A DNA stretch of 64,000 nt from a virus. Taxonomy: Duplodnaviria; Caudoviricetes. A model generated the notes under the pieces. The model was not told the origin of the DNA, ran no database searches, and saw nothing but the letters and a program-made list of their open reading frames with translations. Shown here in pieces: positions 58,005 to 64,000 of this stretch (within the stretch, counting starts at the first letter, position 1; the number at the start of each line of letters is the position of its first letter). The position numbers and the translations under genes were made by a program. The stretch spans positions 1 through 64,000 of the IMG/VR virus record IMGVR_UViG_3300014205_000014. One strand, 5' to 3'.

Positions 58005-60391
58005 AGTGGTCTTCTCCATAAACGCCCATACGGGCCATATAATCCATCCCAACGGTGACTGACATCGGCATGTTCAGGGTTTGCCCCACGCGCCACGCGC
58101 ACGAACTGAACGCCATTGTTGCCAAATTCTTCATAGACCACCTGCTGATACATCAGATACGCAGGTCTACCCTCTTTAATCCATGCTGCGTACAAATCCC
58201 AATACGGCAGGATGTCAACGATTGGTGCATTCACGCTTCCAATAAGCGACAATACCCCCGCTGAGATAGTGCGGTTAAGCCCCACGAACGGTTCAGGGAT
58301 GCTCAGTGTGAGCACAATAACATCTGCGTTGACGGTCAATTCTGTGCCGGGGATAACCACACTCAACACCGTTGCAACCAATGAAATTGTCCCCGCGCTG
58401 TGGGTTACAGAGGTGTTCCCATCCACCGTTGGCGCAAGAATGCTGCCTACTAAACTAATCGGTGTTGGCGTAACAACCCCTGCCCCGAATGTCGTTGGTG
58501 CAAGCACACTGCCCACGAGGGAGAGTGCAGAGGGGCTTACAAGACCGCTTCCTTGTATAGAGGGTTCAGGCAGTGAACCAAGCAGTGAAATCACCGACGC
58601 GGCAAAAAGACTATTGCCGCTAATGGTTGGAGACAACGCGCTTAGGATACCACCAAGAGCATCCGGTGTAACCGTAATGTTTCCCGCTGTGAATATAGTA
58701 GGTGCAAGGACACTTCCAACAAGTGATACCACAGCAGCAGTGAATAGGACGTTGCCACTGAGGGTTGGGTTTGGAATACTTGCGATCAATCCTACAACGG
58801 AAGGTGTTACCGTCACTGACCCACCGGCACTGACATCAGGATCAAGTAAATTAACCAGCAGTTGTACCACTGAGGCGGCAAAAGCCGCATTTCCGCTGAT
58901 CGACGGTGCAAGGATGCTTCCCACAAGGCTTAAAACAGATGGGGCAATCGTTGGGGAAAGGTTGACCGCAGAAGTTGGAATACTCAACATCAAACTGATT
59001 ACAGAAGGTGTGATAACCGCCGTTCCGGTCAAAGTGGGGGTTGGAATACTACCCACAAGACTGATAACTGATGCTGTAAATACTGCCGTTCCAACCACTG
59101 TAGAAGATGGAATTGACCCTACCAAATCAATGGTCGAAGGGCTAACCACCGTATTGGCTCCCGCTGTTGCGGTGGGAATGCTAACCACCAATGACACAAC
59201 ACTTGGCGTAATGACCGCTGTACCCACTATTACAGGTGCGGGAATGCTACCCACTAATGATATTGCACCTGTGTCGAAGTTCATATCCACTCTGTAAGTT
59301 GGAGTCTGGACAGAAGCAGCAAGAGAAACGACTGCGGGGGTGATCAGCGCTGTACCAATAAGTGTTGGTGCAGGCAGTGCCCCGACCAAGGACAAAGCGG
59401 CTACTGCAAAGTTCATGTCCTGTACGAAAGTGGGGGCTAACATATTTCCCACTAAACTCAGCACCGATGCCGCAAACAATGCATTGCCGCTAATCGTAAG
59501 TGTGGGAATAGAAACCACTAAACTGACAACGGCAGGTGCATACAGCGCACTTCCTGATAGGGTTGGAGCAGGTAGTGAACCAACAAGACTGAGTGCCGCA
59601 ATCGCAAGATTTTGGTCAGATCGAACAGTTGAGGTGGGGATACTCCCGACAAGAGATACCACCGCTGGTGCAATAACCGCCGTGCCAACCTGTGTTGCAG
59701 TGGGTAGACTAGTCGCCAAACTTACTACCGCAGGGGCTACAACTGCCGTTCCCACTTGCCCCGATGCGGGGATACTCGTAACCAATGAGATTACGGAGGG
59801 GGTTACAGTGACATTAACGCTCCCTGACGTTACAGTGCCACCGATGAAGTCATCAATGGTCGCACCTTGAACACCAAGAGAGATATACCCTGCCCCGGTG
59901 TAAGTGCCATCGGTGCGGGTTGCAACATTTGACCATGTGCTTGATGTGTATTTGTAGGCTTTGAGTGACGTACCAATCATCTCTAAGCCGATTTGGTCAG
60001 TGCCGGGGGTAATGCCACACGCAAAATGCGCGCCTAACTCGGTATCTACGTCATTGTCTTTGCGGTACAGAAAACAATCAGAACTACCGCCCCCCTCCCA
60101 CCAAAAGAAGTACCCGTCTACCCCTGATGTATTCGGGGATTGGATGCGGACACCAGGCCATACGTTTGTACCACCACCACCCGAATAAACGGTAAATCGC
60201 ACTTCACTATCGGGACCAAATGTAGCAGGTGTCCAATAGGCAGTGGCATACGTGCCCCCGCCGATAGTTGCCCGGTTTGAGCTAATAGTGGGATCAGCGT
60301 CACCTGTACTAACCTTTGCCCAATTCGCACCCAATCCACCGTTGGCGCGGTTAAAGTTGTCAAGGACAGTGGTAACGGTTGGAAAGGCCAT
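58001..60391 (-). CDS. Virion-associated protein: N-terminal lectin-like beta-sandwich plus about 24 Ser/Thr/Pro-rich 22-aa repeats
   Basis: Repeat consensus VISLVGSIPTPTxxGxAxxxPS. Confidence 0.75.
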   Translation of the reverse strand: MAFPTVTTVLDNFNRANGGLGANWAKVSTGDADPTISSNRATIGGGTYATAYWTPATFGPDSEVRFTVYSGGGGTNVWPGVRIQSPNTSGVDGYFFWWEGGGSSDCFLYRKDNDVDTELGAHFACGITPGTDQIGLEMIGTSLKAYKYTSSTWSNVATRTDGTYTGAGYISLGVQGATIDDFIGGTVTSGSVNVTVTPSVISLVTSIPASGQVGTAVVAPAVVSLATSLPTATQVGTAVIAPAVVSLVGSIPTSTVRSDQNLAIAALSLVGSLPAPTLSGSALYAPAVVSLVVSIPTLTISGNALFAASVLSLVGNMLAPTFVQDMNFAVAALSLVGALPAPTLIGTALITPAVVSLAASVQTPTYRVDMNFDTGAISLVGSIPAPVIVGTAVITPSVVSLVVSIPTATAGANTVVSPSTIDLVGSIPSSTVVGTAVFTASVISLVGSIPTPTLTGTAVITPSVISLMLSIPTSAVNLSPTIAPSVLSLVGSILAPSISGNAAFAASVVQLLVNLLDPDVSAGGSVTVTPSVVGLIASIPNPTLSGNVLFTAAVVSLVGSVLAPTIFTAGNITVTPDALGGILSALSPTISGNSLFAASVISLLGSLPEPSIQGSGLVSPSALSLVGSVLAPTTFGAGVVTPTPISLVGSILAPTVDGNTSVTHSAGTISLVATVLSVVIPGTELTVNADVIVLTLSIPEPFVGLNRTISAGVLSLIGSVNAPIVDILPYWDLYAAWIKEGRPAYLMYQQVVYEEFGNNGVQFVRVARGANPEHADVSHRWDGLYGPYGRLWRRPL

Positions 60392-61119
60392 TATCGCGCT
60401 GCCTTGCTCAACAGCGCATCAATCGGATGGACGTTGTTCTCTAGCAGCTTGACAGGAATCGCATCACCGTCATACACAATTGCATCTGTGATTTTGTCGT
60501 AGTTTGTTTCAATGCGCCGCTGTGCTGCAAATTTGAGCACATCCACCAACGTGGCCTGTTTTACGTCCGGCAACTGCTGCTGTAATTCCTCTTGCGAGTA
60601 ACCGAGTTCTTTTAACTTGATGAGAATCGCATCGCCTTCTTTAGTGGTGACATTCAGCGGTACGTCAGCAGCTTTAGTCGGTAGTTTAAAAAACTCAGGG
60701 TCGGTGTCAATAAGTGCGATAGTCTCTGCCGGTGCATCCACACGCACCACCGCCACGCCGCCTAAGAGTTCTACTTCGTTCCATGTGGAATCTTCAGTAT
60801 AGACGCGAATGTAATCTCGCATAGCACAGTAACGCCGCGCCCTGATGTACTCATAGACTATCAACGCCGCATCAGATTTAATGTCGTCAAGCAACTGATT
60901 ACGCCCATCTACAAAGTTTAGCCGACCACCGTTTTTTGCCGCCGCCTCTTTGTAGGATTCAAACTCTTTGTCGGTAAGCACTACCGCAGACTGCACTTTA
61001 TAGCACTCAGATTCGAGCGTGGCTATAAGCGCCTCTTGCTCCTTTACAGGTGTAAACAGACCAATAGCCTGCACCTGATTAGGGCCTCTGCGGTAAGGAA
61101 CGATGTACCATGCAAGCAT
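60391..61119 (-). CDS. Hypothetical protein
   Basis: 242-aa ORF coupled to the repeat gene. Confidence 0.7.
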   Translation of the reverse strand: MLAWYIVPYRRGPNQVQAIGLFTPVKEQEALIATLESECYKVQSAVVLTDKEFESYKEAAAKNGGRLNFVDGRNQLLDDIKSDAALIVYEYIRARRYCAMRDYIRVYTEDSTWNEVELLGGVAVVRVDAPAETIALIDTDPEFFKLPTKAADVPLNVTTKEGDAILIKLKELGYSQEELQQQLPDVKQATLVDVLKFAAQRRIETNYDKITDAIVYDGDAIPVKLLENNVHPIDALLSKAAR

Positions 61120-61128
61120 AACTAGACC

Positions 61129-61257
61129 TCATGCACAAAATGCCGAGCCAACGCAGCGCATATTCCAAATCAACGCATCGGGATAGGCCGCCGCCAACAA
61201 GACAATAGCCACAATTAACAGCACTGCGATTCCAATGACGACCAGTTTAATTTTCAT
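61129..61257 (-). CDS. 42-aa membrane peptide (MKIKLVVIGIAVLLIVAIVLLAAAYPD...), absent from the ORF track
   Basis: SD GAGG/AGGT upstream; single TM helix. Confidence 0.55.
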   Translation of the reverse strand: MKIKLVVIGIAVLLIVAIVLLAAAYPDALIWNMRCVGSAFCA

Positions 61258-61321
61258 ATTACCTGCCTCGCAATTTACGGTATACATTCGGTGTCCGTCC
61301 TAACTATATACCCTATTACGA

Positions 61322-61750
61322 TTAGTTCAGGTTAATGATACCTTCGCTGTTCCACTGGATCGTGAATGTGCCATTGCTGCACGACTTATCCGCCGCAAAG
61401 TCGATGTAGCAAAGAAGTTCGTCTGCCGTTGCCGCACCACCGCGCTTTTTGTAGATGACTGCCCCACGCGCCGTGAAAGTGGCACTCGTCCAACTCGCAT
61501 CTGCCGCATCCAACCGTGCTTCATCGGCTGTCGTATCAATCGCGTCCGTTAGCGAAGCCAAGGCCACCCCACCTGTGGTGTACCCGTTGCCGTTCGCTAC
61601 CTCATTTGTGACATCGTTTTGGAAGTCGTCGGTGTCAATGTTGGGAGTGTATGAGGAAGTCACCAACATGCAGTACATGGCATCGGTGTCCCAATCAATC
61701 GACCCGTTGCTCAGGTACTTCTTGCCGTTGTTGTAAATTACTGATGCCAT
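61322..61750 (-). CDS. Virion structural / minor tail protein
   Basis: MASVIYN...GSIDWDTD...LVTSSYTPN...EVANGNGYTTGG...YIDF...GTFTIQW, a widespread phage tail-associated family. Confidence 0.75.
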   Translation of the reverse strand: MASVIYNNGKKYLSNGSIDWDTDAMYCMLVTSSYTPNIDTDDFQNDVTNEVANGNGYTTGGVALASLTDAIDTTADEARLDAADASWTSATFTARGAVIYKKRGGAATADELLCYIDFAADKSCSNGTFTIQWNSEGIINLN

Positions 61751-62010
61751 TATTTCTGTACCTCCGTATTAATGCTCAGGCGGGGTGCATTGACAATCGC
61801 ATTGATCTTCTGCACCTGTTCTTCGGTCAACTCAGCACCGAATTTCGCGCTAACGTCCTGCACCTGTTGTTTCAGGCTGTACCGCGCCTTCAGATCACGG
61901 CGGTATTCCCGCAGTGCATCCACTTCACGGCCTGCCGCCAAACTTTCAGCCAACAGTTCGTCATAGGTCATCTCGTCCAGTTCTGCCGGACTCTTCATTT
62001 CGAAATCCAT
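61750..62010 (-). CDS. Coiled-coil hypothetical protein
   Basis: SD AAGGAG before ATG 62010; operator at 62029. Confidence 0.65.
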   Translation of the reverse strand: MDFEMKSPAELDEMTYDELLAESLAAGREVDALREYRRDLKARYSLKQQVQDVSAKFGAELTEEQVQKINAIVNAPRLSINTEVQK

Positions 62011-62086
62011 CTCGTTCTCCTTTAAACACATAGTCGGTTCTGCAAAAGCCTAAAGTAAAATTGTCCCAAAAGTCAAATGCTAATGG

Positions 62087-62488
62087 TTATCTCATATCGT
62101 CCCATTGAATATCCGCTACGAAAACCTGTCCATTGGTCGCCTGACTAACAGTGACCCTAATTTTGTCGTTCACGTTGTAAAAATCAACGGGTCCTGAAAG
62201 TGCCGAGCCATCCGCACCTGCTACCAATGCTTTACGAGGATAAACCCAACCGTCCGTCCGATAATCCGCTTTGCTGTAAATAGTTTGCGGATAAGGGTTA
62301 TTAGCTTCCTTAACAAGCAAGTCAACCGTTGCGGGAGCATCAGGATCGTAATCCGTATAAATGCCGTCCACAACACCACTGATTACATCACGAGTTACAG
62401 CCGTACCACTTGTTCCTGAAATTGTCACCGTCGCATAAGAATGCTGAATCACGTTTTTATACTCCTTATGGATACCGATACGCGCCAA
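62087..62488 (-). CDS. Hypothetical beta-rich virion-associated protein
   Basis: 133-aa ORF in the structural arm. Confidence 0.6.
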   Translation of the reverse strand: MARIGIHKEYKNVIQHSYATVTISGTSGTAVTRDVISGVVDGIYTDYDPDAPATVDLLVKEANNPYPQTIYSKADYRTDGWVYPRKALVAGADGSALSGPVDFYNVNDKIRVTVSQATNGQVFVADIQWDDMR

Positions 62489-63980
62489 TATCTGGGGGAG
62501 TGTTCATCTCTGCCCCAGCGTAATCCGTTGTTAACCCCACATCAACCCCTGCCCCGATGCAAGGCGACCCTCCCAGCAATTGGAAGTCGTCTGCGATATT
62601 GGTTCCAAGAGTGGGTGAGATGGAAGCGCGGTACTCATCCATAAAATAAACACCGCCTGCTGCTGCAAAAGTCTCTGAGTACAACTGCCCAAATTGCAGC
62701 GAGAGCATATTGGGGAATATGTCGTAGTTATCAATAGTCGTCATTGAAACAACGGGGGTTGTCATATTGTCAAAATACCATGTTGCTGTGCCATCCGCCG
62801 CAATTGCAGTAGATGCACGAACCAGATGCAACCGTATTCGATGAGGGGCATCCGTTAGGGTGCGGGTATTTGTTACCGCTGTCCCTCCGTCCTGCATAGC
62901 AGACAAATAGGCACGATACGGGCTATCCCATGCGTCGATGGTAATTCCCCACACCTGCCAAGGAGCGCCCCCTAACACACCCGCCGTGAGCAAAAAGAAA
63001 TCGCCCGGTGACATGACCATTGAGTTAGGGTCGAACCAGAATTCAATCCACAATTCACGCACATCATCAGGCAAGACAGTATTTTTTGTCCCATTGAACT
63101 GTGTTGTTCCGTTGATGGTTACGCGCACCCCATAAACTGAACCATTAAGGGCGGCATTGGCATTCAACTCAAATTTAGCCGCCGAGATACTATCTAATCC
63201 TTGATCGCCCGGATAGTTACCGTTGGCTTCCCATGCATAGCCTGCATCGAACGTCATATCGACAAATGCCGCCGCCGCCAAACGGGGATCAGTGTTGATG
63301 ATCTCGCCTGTACCAAGCGTTGCGCCCCCTGCCCCGGTGTAGATGTTATATTCGTGAGTATACAAATCCCCATTGCCGTTGTAACTCAGGTCAGCAAAAC
63401 CGTTGAAAATATTATTGCGTAGAATTAAATCCGTGCCTGCGGGTGCGGCTGTTGTGGAAAACGAGAGCACATGTGCGGCGGCGGAAGTTACCGTATTATT
63501 TAAGTATTGAACCCCGTCCACTATAATTGCATTAATAGAGCCTTCGGTATTGAAAAGCCCCAACCAAGGACATTCGCTGACAACGTTGTTGTAAACCAAA
63601 AAGTCGGAAACAATATCCCCACTGTCCGGTGGTGCGCCGAACTCGGTAAACCCTAAACACTGATAAGCGAAGTTGTTATAAACCCGAACATTACTAACCG
63701 AGCCATAGACTTCAACCGCACCCCCATCCAACCCAAAGTCAATGGTCGGTGCAAGACAGTACCTAAAATCATTATTATAAATTCGTGTGCCATCAGACCC
63801 TTCGTAAAGCCAAACCCCAACAGCCCCGTAATCATCATTGGTTGGGCTAGGTGTGTTTAAAACAATAGTGAGATGATGAATAGTGTTGTTGTAAATACGC
63901 GCATTCGCCCCTTCAACCTGACATCCTGCCCCACAGCCTGTGATCTCGCAGTCGTGAACCATTACGTTCAACCCCGCCAT
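62466..63980 (-). CDS. Right-handed beta-helix (pectin-lyase-like) protein with inserted LamG-like domain; frame stays open to the window edge
   Basis: Repeated IYNN/VYNN/LRNNI beta-helix turns; C-terminal DFQLLGGSPCIGAG...PDIGAY signature. Confidence 0.8.
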   Translation of the reverse strand: MAGLNVMVHDCEITGCGAGCQVEGANARIYNNTIHHLTIVLNTPSPTNDDYGAVGVWLYEGSDGTRIYNNDFRYCLAPTIDFGLDGGAVEVYGSVSNVRVYNNFAYQCLGFTEFGAPPDSGDIVSDFLVYNNVVSECPWLGLFNTEGSINAIIVDGVQYLNNTVTSAAAHVLSFSTTAAPAGTDLILRNNIFNGFADLSYNGNGDLYTHEYNIYTGAGGATLGTGEIINTDPRLAAAAFVDMTFDAGYAWEANGNYPGDQGLDSISAAKFELNANAALNGSVYGVRVTINGTTQFNGTKNTVLPDDVRELWIEFWFDPNSMVMSPGDFFLLTAGVLGGAPWQVWGITIDAWDSPYRAYLSAMQDGGTAVTNTRTLTDAPHRIRLHLVRASTAIAADGTATWYFDNMTTPVVSMTTIDNYDIFPNMLSLQFGQLYSETFAAAGGVYFMDEYRASISPTLGTNIADDFQLLGGSPCIGAGVDVGLTTDYAGAEMNTPPDIGAYRYP

Positions 63981-64000
63981 CTTTACACCCCCCTTTTTAG

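Larger units (their letters stand above)
2874..62042. repeat. Dispersed 14-bp operator family CA(G/T)A-NN-CG-NN-T(C/A)TG, about 22 copies
   Basis: Starts at 2874, 4528, 6954, 7071, 9418, 10132, 11692, 12552, 13429, 18183, 21468, 26047, 29381, 30272, 35589, 40275, 46595, 51002, 53432, 55994, 57857, 62029 (weak copy at 13456). Confidence 0.9.

Noticed and set aside
58212-59870. Long + strand ORFs (58212..59297, 59340..59870) opposite the repeat protein
   Set aside because: Shadow frames produced by the repetitive, codon-biased sense gene; no SD or domain signal.
2874-62042. Reading the 14-bp repeats as a CRISPR array or as canonical LexA boxes
   Set aside because: Copies are dispersed, not regularly spaced, and there are no cas genes; half-site spacing is N2, not the N4 of GAAC-N4-GTTC. 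A LexA-like binder is still possible.
1-64000. tRNA, rRNA, integrase/att, IS transposase, DGR or retron reverse transcriptase
   Set aside because: No cloverleafs, tyrosine/serine recombinase motifs, DDE transposase or YADD-type RT motifs seen by eye; tRNAscan-SE and HMM searches would confirm.
1-64000. Stop-codon reassignment as the cause of the long overlaps
   Set aside because: TAA, TAG and TGA all end well-supported genes with tight coupling; the standard code fits.

Overview
The window is most of a tailed dsDNA phage genome, probably siphovirus-like and temperate. It has two convergent arms. The + strand arm (1-30.3 kb) carries early, replication and recombination genes: a putative single-strand annealing protein, a RecU-like resolvase, a wHTH replication initiator with a direct repeat, a primase-polymerase/helicase, RecA/UvsX, a PAPS-reductase-like protein, an N4/N6 DNA methylase, a ClpP-like protease, a metallophosphoesterase and a ParM/ParR-like partition pair. 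The - strand arm (30.4-64 kb) carries morphogenesis and lysis genes: TerL, a GH-A endolysin candidate, portal, scaffold, major capsid, adaptors, tail tube, a frameshifted tail chaperone, tape measure, tail proteins and holin-like proteins, plus 3 glycosyltransferases and 3 SAM methyltransferases. No integrase, tRNA or CRISPR array was seen; the ParM/ParR pair suggests a plasmid-like prophage state. The main unexplained structure is (1) about 22 copies of a 14-bp pseudo-palindromic operator CA(G/T)A-NN-CG-NN-T(C/A)TG over promoters in both arms and upstream of all five free-standing HNH homing-endonuclease genes; (2) a shared operator/-10/hairpin/RBS leader on the HNH cassettes, at least one of which appears to supply a replacement 3' end for the gene it invaded; (3) an operator-controlled small RNA of about 90 nt with an exposed CCUCCU anti-Shine-Dalgarno sequence at the arm junction; (4) a candidate virion glycosylation/O-methylation system with a Ser/Thr-rich 22-aa-repeat protein as possible substrate; and (5) several near-cognate (ATA/ACG) start codons at ideal SD spacing. 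All product calls come from motifs read by eye, with no database searches.
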